Shown here in pieces: positions 30,982 through 44,777 of a stretch of DNA of 64,000 nt. Each line of letters begins with the position of its first letter. Position 1 is the stretch's first letter. Made by a program: the position numbers and the translations under genes. The stretch is from Eledone cirrhosa (taxonomy: Eukaryota): contig OZ024742.1 of NCBI GenBank assembly GCA_964016885.1, forward strand, positions 247,194,001 to 247,258,000, written 5' to 3'. The notes under the pieces are model-generated. The model was not told the DNA's origin. It saw only the letters and a program-made list of their open reading frames with translations, and did not search any database.

Positions 30982-31435
30982 ATATAATTGAGATGAGCGG
31001 AACAAGTAAAAGTCAAACAATCTTTCAAAATAAATTCAAAAAATATAATGCTTTTACCGACGGTTTCGCCTCACAAAAGATTGGAAATCCGAGGGACTTC
31101 CAATAGAAAGCATTTTCCCTTTCATAGGACTTAAAGTCCTACAGCCGGCAAATATATTGCCTTCAGCCAGCTAGTTCGGGATCGAATAGGGCCGTAAATG
31201 TGACCTACATGTGAACTGGTCGTTAGTAGAAGCGGTAGTAGCATAGACGTGTAGTCTGCCACACCACTAAAAATAGCAGCTAGGTAAACAACGGATTTCT
31301 TCTCTACATATGGAAGAATTTATATAAAATGAGATTAATATCCCCACAGGCACTAAGAACCCTCTGAAATATATAGGGTGTCTATTATATATGTGTGTGT
31401 ATATATAAATATACACACTTATCGTTTATATATGC

Positions 31436-31580
<145 letters not shown>

Positions 31581-32494
31581 GAAGTGGTTACACAACAGTT
31601 AGTTCACCATACCGAGAACAATTGTTTCACTTTACGGATCCTCAGCTCGTAATGGACATGGTTATACGGAACCGGAAGGAAAAACGTACGAACGCGCATT
31701 CGCAGAAACGGTCACTTCACATAGACAATACTAAAGAGAGGTGTAAGGGAGGTTACTGCGAAAGTTCGAAAGTTTCTAGTTGATAAGAAAATTAGGATGT
31801 TGTCGTAATTCAATCCGGAGATTTGTAGTTATGCAAGAGGTGTTTCAAGACGTGTGGACAATGTGTGAAGAATTCATTCTCGTGTTTAGGCAATCACTAT
31901 TGCGTAATCTCTTTAGAATATTTATTCGTTCATTAATACATAGTCCACATGACGGATTGCCCCTTGCTTGGTCTTAGTGATGGCTTTCCATTGAATTGAG
32001 TAGTCTATACTTGAGTCCTTGAGGGACCATACGTGGCTCGCGAGTTTCGTGGATGAACGTCTGTCTGTGTACTTAAAGGTCGACTGGTGGTTCAGGAAGC
32101 GTTCCTTAAATCGGCTCTCCGCCATACCCACAAAGGATTTGACCTCCTGTGTTTGATTTGATCGGTTGGAAGTGACCACAGCTTCATAAACTACAGCAGG
32201 TGTGTTACATTGCTGTTGAAGGGGACAAGCTTCGGGCTTACGGCAAGAGCATCCTGGTGGGGTGTTGCTCTTAGGGCTGTTGGTGATGTGGGTCTTCATG
32301 TTCTTAGCGCAGGAGTATCCTATTTTTAATTTGTGTCGGTTAAAGATGGAGCGGTATTTATGACCTACGGGAAAGCGTCTATCTAGTGAAGTGATCGTTT
32401 CTGCGCATCCGCGTTCGTACGGTTGTCCTTCCTGTTCCGTATAACCATGTCCATTACGAGCTGTGGATCCGTTAAGGTGAAACAATTGTTCTAC

Positions 32495-32498
<4 letters not shown>
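31581..32498 (-). mobile_element. Penelope-like insertion: truncated GIY-YIG ORF, 3' pseudo-LTR and inverted pseudo-LTR at the 5' end; HHRs (family I) at 31613-31649(-) and 32457-32494(+)
   Basis: AVVYEAVV..SFVGMAESRFKERFLNH; 32385-32497 is the inverse of about 31612-31722; CGAG-CTGAGGA-TCCGTAAAGT-GAAA-CAATTG-TT-CTCG. Confidence 0.9.
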
Positions 32499-32546
<48 letters not shown>

Positions 32547-32568
32547 GTAGAACACTGGATCGTAATAT

Positions 32569-32605
<37 letters not shown>

Positions 32606-32677
32606 GTATATATATATTTTTCATTTATATATATAATTATCATTATATATTCATATATTCATATATGTATATATATC

Positions 32678-32781
<104 letters not shown>

Positions 32782-33159
32782 AGAGAGAATGATTGATAGA
32801 CAGATAGAAGCCTATATGCGCCCCCCAGATGTTAGAAATAGCTGCCAAATCTCCGCTCAATCATACCATTACCCTTTACAAAAGGAAGGGAACACATTTG
32901 ATAACATTATACCAGATAACATATCTGAATTAAATATTATATAAAACGAAAGAAGCAATATGGTCTTTGATCCTAACTATGTTCAATGCAGTTCACCTTT
33001 GGCTAAATAACAACACCAACTGCAAAGGTATACAGACAAAAAAAATCTAATTATAATAGAATAACTAATCTGAATTATATGGAACTAAGCAACATATAAA
33101 GGAAACGTAATATGATTGCAACAGATAAAAGAATGAGAAAATGATTCTGAGTACACTCA

Positions 33160-33199
<40 letters not shown>

Positions 33200-33201
33200 C
33201 T

Positions 33202-33255
<54 letters not shown>

Positions 33256-33257
33256 CT

Positions 33258-33328
<71 letters not shown>

Positions 33329-33907
33329 GTTCATTTGCTTTGAAAAATTAAATATATCTTAATTCTCATAAATAATATGGAATTCTGAAATACACTGAAA
33401 AGACCCTGCTGAGATTTATATACGAGTAATGTGATTGCAGACTTAGTCGTAAGTAAATGTGATTGCAGACTTACGATTGGGTCGGATGCCATGCTTTGAC
33501 GCATAAAGTTGCGGCCCTTGCCATTCTGAGTTCAAATCCCGCCGAGGTTAACTTTGACTTTCATCCTTACGGGATCGATAAAATAAAGTACCAGTAATGC
33601 ACTGGGATAATTGCTGGCGTTGTGCCAAAAGTAGAAACAATTATTATCTTCATTACAAGGTTAATATATAAAATATGATTCTATAGTTGAATTTTAATTC
33701 TATTGTTATGACATAGGTAAATCCGGAATTTTTTCTCCACCTCAAAAGAGTAAAAGAGATGTACAAATCAGAATGATGCTTGTAATTATGAAATAGTTTA
33801 GCTGTGTATTTTCTCTTCCGCTTGAAAGTTTTAGTAGCATATACTAAGCTTAGTTTCAATAGTTATCGGAGTTATCGTAACTTTTAATGTATATATAGAC
33901 ATACATG

Positions 33908-34032
<125 letters not shown>

Positions 34033-34313
34033 TTATATCTATAGAGAGAGAGAGGTAGAGAGAGAGAGGTAGAGAGAGAGGAGAGAGAAACCGGTTCCAT
34101 AATAGTTCAGCAGTATATGTGTTCCTCATGTGATACAAAGGCATCTAATAATTGTTTCTACTTTTGGCACAAGGTCAGCAATTATCCAGTACATTACTGG
34201 TACTTTATTTTATCGACCCCATAAGGATGAAATGTAAAGTTAACCTCGGCGGGATTTGTGATTTGTCAAGATGAATATCCACAGATGCTCTTTACTTCCA
34301 GACATGTAAGTAA

Positions 34314-34344
<31 letters not shown>

Positions 34345-34361
34345 TGTATGTATGTATGTAT

Positions 34362-34968
34362 GTCAGGTCACCACTTGGTGCTACTGGTAACATGTATTCC
34401 AGTACAACCTGTCCCATGGTCGGGTCGTTGGCGACTAAACTGGCAACCCCACTAAGGTTTCTTGGTGAGGAGGGTGACTTTGGACATCCTGCAGGACTAA
34501 AAACAAAACCTGTCAAAGGGCAAAGGAGCTCTTAAGAGTCAATGGCCATCCAAAATCACCGGGAGAGATGACCCCTTAGCCTTTGTCAAGGCAGAATTCT
34601 AGGAGAAGGAAAACTCTGATATAACACCTGCAACTCTGATGGTATCCAATGATGTTGACTTGTTCTTCTTTTTGGTAAATATCATCTTGGTTAAGAGAGT
34701 GGGACTGGCTTTGTGCAGTGCCTTTGCTCACTATAAAAGCTTCACGGCACAGGCATTGCTTTATATCTGGAGATCTCTCTGCACTTGTCGTCACATGGTA
34801 CCATGGGCCTAGCACTATGGGTCAATAATTGTCACAAGTGTAGTGTTTGTACCAGAGTTTTCAAGTCGCTGGCTGGACTAAAGTCACATTCGTTCAGCGC
34901 ATTGGTAGGGGTTCTCCTACATGGATATAAAGTAGTGGCCATACTCGAAAACGAGTTGGCAGCCACCA
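34362..34968 (+). mobile_element. About 610-bp RTE-derived non-autonomous element with (TGTA)n tail; near-identical copy at 38223-38832, relatives at 35120-35470, 35490-35830 and 39312-39878
   Basis: RTE-like 5' UTR motif CTAGGAGAAGGAAAACTCTGAT; C-terminal finger CSVCTRVFKSLAGLKSH; tail GGCCATACTCGAAAACGAG..CAGCCACC. Confidence 0.7.
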
Positions 34969-35907
34969 TGTATGTATGTATGTATGTATGTATGTATGTA
35001 TGTATGTGTGTGTGTGTGTGAGTATGTATGTATGTGTGTGTGAGTATGTATGTATATACATGTGTATATATGTGTATATCTATATATGTATATACATGTA
35101 TACATGTGTATGTATATAGGCGAGGACATAGAAATAGTCGGGCTGGATACTCGATCACGCGGTTACACCACTGGGAGTGAAGGACCCCTAGCCTTTGTCA
35201 AGGCATTCTTCTAGAAGAAGGCAACTCAGGAAACTATGATAACTCCGACATAAAATCTGCGGCTCAGTAGTTACCCATGATGTTGATCTTTTCTTCTTTT
35301 CGGGTTAAAGCTATTGTCGCTCAGAGAGTGGGATAGGCTCAGTGCACAGTCTTTCCTCATTTAAAAAAAAAATCTTCACGCACAGGCATTGCACGATAGC
35401 ATTAATTGATAATTATTAATAATGTAATATCGTGCAATCGCCATACTCGATAACAAGGTGGAAGCCATCATGTATGTATGCATGTTCCACTACAAAAATG
35501 TCTTCATTAAGACATCACTCCAACAGAAGGTCACCCTCATATAAAACCTGCGATTTACTTTGCCTCCAATGATGTAGACCAGTTTTTCTTTTTGGGCAAA
35601 TGCATTCGATATTCAGACAGTGGGATTGGCCCCGTGCAAATCTTTCCTCACTTAAACAAGCTTCAAGCACTGGCATCGCTTGATATGTGACATTTTTTGC
35701 CATTCATCGCATGAATGGTATTGTTGGGCATAGAGAAGTTTCTAGCCGGACTAAAAAGCCACAGCTGCGATGTTTCTGCTTAAGTATCAAGCGATGGCAT
35801 AAATCGAATCGCGTTGTAGCCATCATCATCATGTATGTATGTATGTATGTATGTATGTATGTATGTATGTATGTATGTATGTATGTATGTATGTATGTAT
35901 GTATGTA

Positions 35908-38150
35908 TGTTCTTCTGGTTTTATAATTTCACAAAGTTTTACCAATAGAGAGAGAGAGTCGGTTTCTAACATACACACAAGACTCTCTCATTGGAATTTA
36001 CACAACATCAACTAGGTAGATATGTATGCATGCATGTGTAGATATGGATGTTATTGTATGTGTGGATGTGTATGTTTTGAGTTGTATGTGTGCATTTGTA
36101 TCTGTACATGTGTATATGCAGTTATTAGATGCAACATTTTTGGAATGTTTTACATATTTTTACTGTTCCATTAATGGATTGTATTGTAGTATGTATGTAT
36201 GTACGTATGAATGTATGTATGAACGTGTGTATGTATGTTCTTCTGGGTTTATAATTTCACAAATTTTTGCCAATAGAGAGAGAGAATCGTTTCTAACATA
36301 GACACAAGAATCTATCATTGGAATTTACACATCAACTAGGTAGATATGTATGCATGCCTGCATGTGTAGATATGGATGTTATTGTATGTGTGGATGTGGA
36401 TGTTTTGAGTTGCATGTGTGCATGTGTATATGCTTAGTATCTGTACACGTGTATATGCAGTATTAGATGCAACATTTTTGGAATGTTTTACATATTTTTA
36501 CTGTTCCATTAATGGATTGTACTTGTAATTTCCTAACTAGTTGTGTTCTTTCTGTTCCTGTGAAGCCTAGCTTCTCAAGATTTGTATTGAGGCAGTTACT
36601 AACATACCCCAGTGCCCCAATAATCACAAGAATAAATCTGAAGGTATAAGCAGGATGGAGTATCCGCAGATTTCTCATCAGTTCTGCATAAATTGTCTCC
36701 TTTTAGCTAATCTTTGATATCATATTGGCATCTGCTGGGCAGTGAACTTCCACTACTGTGCATGCCTTCTTTTCCCTGTCCCATATCATAATATCTGGTC
36801 TGTTATGCTAGCATTTTATTGGGTTTTTTTTTACTGGAACATTCCACCAGTACTCTTTCATATGTATATGGATATTTTCCACATTGCTGTAGCTTTTAAT
36901 GTGTTTATTATCGGGGCTATCTTTTCTGCGGATTGCATTATACAGTGTTTTGGCCACTACATCATGCCTCATAGGTAGATAGTACCGCGATGCTATCTTT
37001 GGCCAGCTACTTATGACATAGGTGACATCTTCTATGTTAATTCTGCAGAGTCTGCACTTGTTATCAGATCTAGGTGTTTTGCCTACATCCCTATCTCTTT
37101 TGTGAATCAGGTATTTCGTGTTGATTTCCTGTTCTTGGATTGCAAAAGCTTATTCTTCAAAGTGGGAGCCAATATAGTAGTTGTTGGTCCAAGATAGACT
37201 ACTTTCTTTATCTATATTACTCTCACTCTAGAGCTTCCTGGCAACATATCCATGCATGATCTTTTGCTGATAAGCATGCAGTTTTTCATCCATGGATTCA
37301 CTGCGATACCGCTGAGCGACTTCCCTGAGTTTTGAGTCTTTGATTATCACACAGGGAATACCTCTCGAGGAGTTCCTTCCCAACTCTCTTGATCTTATCT
37401 GTTTCATGCAGATATACTTACTCGAGAGACGGGCTCCTACGCTTTGAGGTTCGTAGATGTTGTCGGAGGGATATGATGCGACATTCAAATGCTGTCTGGA
37501 CTGATGTTAGGCCACGGCCTCCCTGCTTACGTTTCAAGTAAAGGCGGTCTATGTCACTGTTGATGTGGAAGTTTCCGGTGTTGTTTAGTATTTTTCGATT
37601 TCTAACATCAATTGCTCGGATTTCGTCTATCGTCCAATTCAGTATACCAAACGTTGGTGTTAGGACAGGCACAGCAAACACCGTGAGCCACAGTTATGTT
37701 TTGCGCAGAGAATTCCGATGACCACATCTTACTTTATCGGGTGTAGTATTCCCTGGTTACGCGTTCCTTATTACAGATACCATTATAGGATATGTTCTCA
37801 TGTATCCCCAAGTATCTGTAGCAGTCCTCATCCGATATTGGTGAAACAGTTAGGCCATTGATACAAATGTTGCTCGATTGGGTTGTTGTTTTTCCCCGTT
37901 TTACAGTCATATATGAACATTTATATTGGCCAAACTCCATTCCTATATCCTTTAAGGATGTTGTAACCAAGTCAAGATTTTTCTTCATCCTATCCATGTT
38001 CTTGGCATAGAGTTTCAGATCATCCACAAAGAAATTATGGGTTAGGTTCGTATTTCTATCCTCCTGTGAGCCAATGGTGTATCCTTCACATTTTTTGAGA
38101 AGAAAGGACAAGGGGTTTAATGATAGAATGAATAATATCTCCCTGAAATA
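35908..38150 (-). mobile_element. R4/Dong-clade non-LTR retrotransposon, 5'-truncated and frameshifted, with a duplicated 3' end, inside a (TATG)n tract
   Basis: LTHNFFVDDLKLYA, GMEFGQYKC, YRYLGI, IDRLYLKRKQGGRGL, CRLC..RHDVVA, HNRPDIMIWD, VIIGALG; 3' end repeated at 35908-36190. Confidence 0.88.
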
Positions 38151-39875
38151 TACCTCTGTGATATTTTATTTTATCAGTGAAAATAGTGTATGTATGTATG
38201 TATGTATGTATGTATGTATTATGTCAGGTCACCAGTTGGTGCTACTGGTAACATGTATCCCAGTACAACCTGTCTCATGGTCGGGTCGTTGGCGACTAAA
38301 CTGGCAACCCCCACCAAGGTTTCTTGGTGAGGAGGGTGACTTTGGACATCCTGCAGGACTAAAAACAAAACCTGTCAAAGGGCAAGGGAGCTCTTAAGAG
38401 TCAATAGCCATCCAAAATCACCGGGAGAGATGACCCCTTAGCCTTTGTCAAGGCAGAATTCTAGGAGAAGGAAAACTCTGATATAACACCTGCAACCCTG
38501 ATGGTATCCAATGATGTTGACTTGTTCTTCTTTTTGGTAAATATCATCTTGGTTAAGAGAGTGGGACTGGCTTTGTGCAGTGCCTTTGCTCACTATAAAA
38601 GCTTCACGGCACAGGCATTGCTTTATATCTGGAGATCTCTCTGCACTTGTCATCACATGGTACCATGGGCCCTGCACTATGTGTCAATAATGGTCACAAG
38701 TGTAGCCTTTGTACCAGAGTTTTCAAGTCGCTGGCTGGACTAAAAAGTCACATTCATTCAGCGCATCGGTAGGGGTTCTCCTACATGGATATAAAGTAGT
38801 GGCCGTACTCGAAAACGAGTTGGCAGCCACCATGTATGTATGTATGTATGTATGTATGTATGTATGTACGTATGTATGTATGTATTCTGTTTTTTTTTAA
38901 TTATTTCACAAATGTTTGCCAATAAAGAGAGAGAGTTGGTTTCTAACATAGATACAAGACTATCTCATTGAAATTTACACAATATACATACAATATGTAT
39001 GTATGTATGCATGTATGTATGTATGTAATTATGTATGTATGTATGGAGGTGCGTGGCTTAGTTGGATTCACAATGATGAGGTTGAGAGTTCGATTCCCGG
39101 ATCGGGTGATGCGTCGAATTCTTGGGTAAGCCATTTTCTTTCACGCTGCTCCAGTCCACTCAACTGTAGAAATGAGTTGCGACGTGTTATTCTATGTATG
39201 TATGTATGTATTTATGTATGTATGTATGTATGTATGTATGTATGTATGTATGTATGTATGTATGTATGTATGTATGTATGTATGCATGTATGTATGCATA
39301 TATGTATGTATGCCAGGTCGCTCTTCAGCGCTACCGGTAACATGTAACCCAGTACAACCTGTGCATGGTCGGGTAGTCAATGGCTAAACCGGCAACTCCA
39401 CCAAACTTGTTTGGTGAGGAGGATGATTTTCGATACTCCGCGGGATGAAAAACAAAACCTCTCAAATGGCGGAGGTACTCAGGAGAGTCAACGGCCTTCG
39501 AATAGAGTTGTTTTTCTGTAGAGCGAGGGACTCCAAGACTTCATTAAAAAATCTCTCTAGGAGAAAGTCCCTCTGATATGTATGTATATGAAGGACCCCT
39601 AGCCTTTGTAAAGGGCATTCTTCTAGGAGAAGGCAACTCAGGAAACTCAGGAAACCGGCATAAAATATGCGGCTCAGTTGTTACCAATGATGTTTATCTT
39701 TTCTTCTTTTCAAGTTATAGCTACTGTCGCTCAGAGAGTGGGATTGGCTCAGTGCACAGTCTTTCTTCACTTAAAACAAACTTCAAGCACAGGCATTGCA
39801 TGATAGCATTAATTGATAATTATTAATAATGTTATATCTTGCAATGGCCATACTCGATAACGAGGGGCAGCCATC

Positions 39876-39908
<33 letters not shown>

Positions 39909-41009
39909 TGTATGTATGTATGTATGTATGTATGTATGTATGTATGTATGTATGTATGTATGTATGTATGCATGCATGCATGCATGCATGTATGTATGCA
40001 TGCATGCATGTATGTATGTATGAATGGATGCCTGTCTGCCTATCTTCCTGCACGTATGAAAGAATGCATAAACTTCTCACCACAATATCATTAAAGTGAC
40101 CTCTGTTTAATGTTCCTCTCTAATTGTCCTGCTTAATCTTACTGCCTACTTCTGTCTGCAAGTATATTACTATATATCTAATGATATCAACATACACATA
40201 CACACAAGTATTTATGTGCTTGTGTGTGTCTCTGTGTGTGTGGTGTGTAGAAATAACCATCTAATAATAACTATATATATATAATAGATAGATAGATGGT
40301 TCACCTAAGCCCACAATAACACTTGCGGGGCAAATAACAACGACATTTAAAAACAGACCAAAAACAAACAAACAAAGACTAATAAAAAACAAAAGCACAG
40401 CGGTCAATGGTTATAAAACAAAGAGACAGTAGAATTATCTTTTATGATTTATTTTTAATAGTGCCAGCCGTGAGAATCACTCGTACATCAGTAAAATATA
40501 TCAGGAATAGCCATCCACGTCGTGCCTTTCACAAACACCAACGCCACAACCAGATCCACATTTAACCCCCTCCGACGACTAAACATTCAGCCCTCTCTTA
40601 CTACCACCATAAAAACACCTACCACCACAAACATATCATCAACAATAGCTACAATAATAACGTTATTTTTATAAAATTTATCACTTCCGTCTCATCCAAT
40701 GTGACTGCAGTTATGATAACGGTGATTCTCTCCCCCACCCTCTCTCTCTTTCTTTCTGTCTCTCCAACATCCACTATTTTTTCTTTCTTTCTTTGTATTC
40801 TATTCTCTCTCACCCCCCACGCCTCTCTCCTGATCATTGTTCCCCTCACCAGCTTCCCATCCTTGTATCTCTGTCCCCACTCTTTCCTTCTGTGAAATTA
40901 AGACTAGATCGATGCGTGTTTTGTGTCTCTGATCTCTGCCAGTAGATATCGGATCCAGCTAGATCCAGACAGATCCAGACAGATTCGGATAAATTCGGAC
41001 CCCCCCCCC

Positions 41010-41045
<36 letters not shown>

Positions 41046-41854
41046 CTTGCGCCTCCGGTCATTTTATTTTTGTTAATCGTACTATAAAATTTAATTATAT
41101 TTTGTCATGTGTTGTATGAATATATGTTTGTGCGTATCCATGCACGCGTGAATGCCTGTATGTATATTTATGAAGTTCTGTATTTAAATATATACACCTA
41201 CATATAAGAGCGCAACCATATGGTCCCAGTTTCGATCCTCCTCCATTGCAGCCTAGCCAAATGTCTTATTATATATCATCTGGTCAAGTCAGTCCTTGTC
41301 AGTGAAACTATGTAGACAAAAGCAGTTAACGGTATTTATATTTTTCAGTTTACAGTAAAATACGTATATCTCGCATGTTTACTCTCAATGTGTAAATGTA
41401 TATAAACGTTACGCAGTCCCGGTTAACTTTATTCTGTGTATATACAGATATATCATTACCATATATTTCAGATGCTTAGTGCCTAACTTAATACATATCT
41501 TAATCAACTACCTGCATGAGCTCTAATGATATACAAATTACGACAGTTGATAGGGTATATATGACTCTAAATTACTCAATTTCTTGTTGAAGCATAGATT
41601 ATAGACGTTCCTTTTGATGAAGGCTTAACTAGGTATAACAATTTTTCACCCTTAACGGGATCTTCTGAAACTAACAAAGTCAATCTGTGAACGCAGAAGT
41701 GAATATTTCAAAAAACGTTGCAACCGTAGGAAGACAGGAAGACGATATCTGGTTCGTGGAAACGTTCCCTGGCAAAGAACGGGAAAAAACGAATATAATA
41801 CGTTATTATATTATCGAGCCCTCTTTGGATTTTAGTCTTCAAATTTATTATTAT

Positions 41855-41903
<49 letters not shown>

Positions 41904-42079
41904 TAACAGATTAAAGTTCCAAACTGAACCTGAACCGATAACGTCTGGTTTCCTGGATATGTCAATATTTATAATTTATAATTTTGTATTTTATTTGATG
42001 AGAGCGTACCAAAATGTTTGTACGCTTGAAATGTATATAATAAAATAAATATGGTTTTATAAATATAGTTTCCATTTAT

Positions 42080-42149
<70 letters not shown>

Positions 42150-42174
42150 ATAAATGGAAACTATATATATGTAT

Positions 42175-42400
42175 ATATATAATATAAAACGAAAATTCAT
42201 TGACGCATCTGAACTCAATTTATTGTGTGTTATAATTATTTCGCCGGCGGACAGCTCGAGACGCGATCATTGTGTGGATCTGTCTGATTCTGGACCTGCA
42301 GGTTCGACGGACTCGTCTAATGATTTCCGGCGGCGAAACAAGTGTAACACACAATAAATTGAGTTCAGATACGTCACTGATTTTTCGTTTTATATTATAT
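42175..42400. repeat. Fold-back with hammerhead 3' half, family N, around an imperfect GC-rich hairpin
   Basis: CGGC-GAAA(42335)-CAAGTG-TA-ACACAC; the other arm reads CGGC-GAAA-TAATTA-TA-ACACAC. Confidence 0.65.
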
Positions 42401-42473
42401 CATACTCTGCTCTGTAAGAGCATAGAGTGCTCAACCGTCATACCGCCTATGGAAGTATCTTAGCTACCATCCG

Positions 42474-42522
<49 letters not shown>

Positions 42523-42642
42523 TAACAGATTAAAGTTTAAGCAAAGAATCGCTGCTTTCACCCTTAACGGGTCTTATATATTTGATATATATTTATCCTT
42601 ATAGATCCCTCTTTGGATTTTAGTCTTCACATTTATTATTAT

Positions 42643-42704
<62 letters not shown>

Positions 42705-42708
42705 TAAT

Positions 42709-42742
<34 letters not shown>

Positions 42743-43059
42743 ATATATATATATAATATATATATATGTATATGAGAGAGAAAGAGTGAGAGACTCAACC
42801 ACACTCACATTCGCAAATGTGCTTACTCACAATAACGTATACAATCTCTTTCACACGTTAGCAGTGAGAGAAGGCGTAGTCGATATATTTAAAATTGTTA
42901 CTAAGTTGGTTTCTTGCAACCTCGTGCTTTTGTTATTACTGCTTCTATTATTATTACTAGCAGAAAAACCACCATCGCGCGATTTTCTGCTAGCATATGT
43001 AGTGTGCGTATTGGTATTATACGCATATATATATGCATATAGATATGATATGTAAATTG

Positions 43060-43735
43060 AAAAGTAAATTGACAATATTTTCTTCGCCCACTTATTTCTG
43101 AGATGGTCGTGGGGACAGAGTCCTCCTTTCAGCGGGTCTGTTAAAAGCAAACATCTCTAACAGATACAGTTGGATCCCAGACCGTGACCTGCCAAGCTCA
43201 GGGATGTTATCCAACTATCTTGCTCAGGGTCTAACTCTGGGTCTTTTGTTGATTAGTTTTGCCTGTAAAATATGTCTAGCGATTCTTTCTCTTGAAATAG
43301 TATCGCAGCTGTGATCTCTCAATCTAGAGAAGTAGTGTCTCCACCAGGAGTGACTCTCTAATCTCTGCGCTATGCACTTTATCGAGTAACGTCACTCCAA
43401 AGACCCTTCTGAGGAACCCCATTTCTGCCTTTTGTATTTGCAATTGTATTCATTCGGTCATTACCCAAGATTCATTACCCTCGGTAAGGGTTGGCAGAAA
43501 TACCAGGAAGACAGCGAGTTTGGCTTTTACACCTACCTCCCTTCTTCTGATTACTGAATGCTGAAGCTGCCGCATTGCTGCATCAACTTTTTTAATTGTT
43601 GCACTTAATTCAGCTTTCTGCCTTCCCTCACTCGTGGACACGGCCCTGCGATACTTGAACCTCATTACCTGCTTCACTAGAATTCCATTCACACGTATAT
43701 ACATTTGAGAGACTTCTGTCCACCCGTCCGCCACA
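43060..43735 (-). pseudogene. RTE-clade (Rex3/Expander-like) LINE C-terminal fragment
   Basis: KQVMRFKY..KAKLAVF..LPTLTEGNESWVMTE..AEMGFLRRVFGVTLLDKVHSAEIRESL..IERSQLR. Confidence 0.85.
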
Positions 43736-43844
43736 AAATGTGTGCGTGTGTTTGTGTGAATGTATGTGTGTATAAAAGGAAGGAAGGGGATACACACATA
43801 TATGTCTCTAACTTAAAAACGGTGAGATATACATGAACACACAC

Positions 43845-43924
<80 letters not shown>

Positions 43925-44249
43925 ATAATAATAATAAATTTGAAGACTAAAATCCAAAGAGGGCTCGATAAGGATAAATATATATCAAATATATAAGAAC
44001 CGTAGAGCAAATATTTATTAAAATAACAGGGATTCTTTGCTTAAACTTTAATCTTTTATTTTAATAAATATATATATATATGTGTGTACAAGGGTGGTGC
44101 CCTAGCATGGCCTCAGCCGGATGGCTGCAACGGGTAAAAGAGTAAAAGAGTATATGATACACACACACACATATATGTAACACACATGTCTCTAATTTAA
44201 GAACGCCGACAAATTCACGCGCGCGCACATGCACACACTATCCTATTAC

Positions 44250-44777
44250 CACTGAAGAGCTTTGGCCCGGGCAAACATCCTCTCAATTTTGAAACCGTCT
44301 GGGTTGTCCAGAATTGATGGGAAAAGACCTGACGCTCTCAGCCTGTGCCCCTGGTCAAGAGGTAGATGCCTTGTCTGGGACATCACAGTTAGTGACTCTT
44401 TTGCGTCTTCCCACATGGTGTAGCAATAAGGGCGAGAGCCACAGCATCCGCAGCTGAACAGAAAAAATCCTAAAATACCGTGATCTGTTGGTTAACTACA
44501 TTTACCAGCCTCTGGCGTTCGAGATATTTGGGGAAGTTGGGCTACTGACAGCAAGGTTCTTATCTTCACTGGCAGCTCGCTTAACAGAGGTAACTGGTGA
44601 AGCTCGTGAGGGCGGTTGGTTGTCCCAGTACCGCAGCCTCACCTTCCTCCGAGTTAACGCTGCGAGTGTGCTGGCTTGCCTAAACAATTATTAGAGAAGT
44701 TTCCCAGTGTTCCTCGCGATATTGTGATCTTTTGCTCTGGTAGTAGCTCGTTTGTCCTCTCCTTTCGCCTGCCTTTT
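44250..44777 (+). pseudogene. Second CRE-clade restriction-like endonuclease fragment
   Basis: GLSRIDGKRPDALSLCPWSRGRCLVWDITVSDSFA...YQPLAFEIFGEVG...FLRVNAASVL. Confidence 0.85.

Noticed and set aside
34365-34450. HDV-like ribozyme at the RTE-derived 5' end
   Set aside because: Could not build P1, P1.1 and P3 consistently across the three copies; a twister-like order fits better
44251-44277. CTGAAGAG as a hammerhead core
   Set aside because: No GAAA, stem III or stem I; it lies in CRE coding sequence
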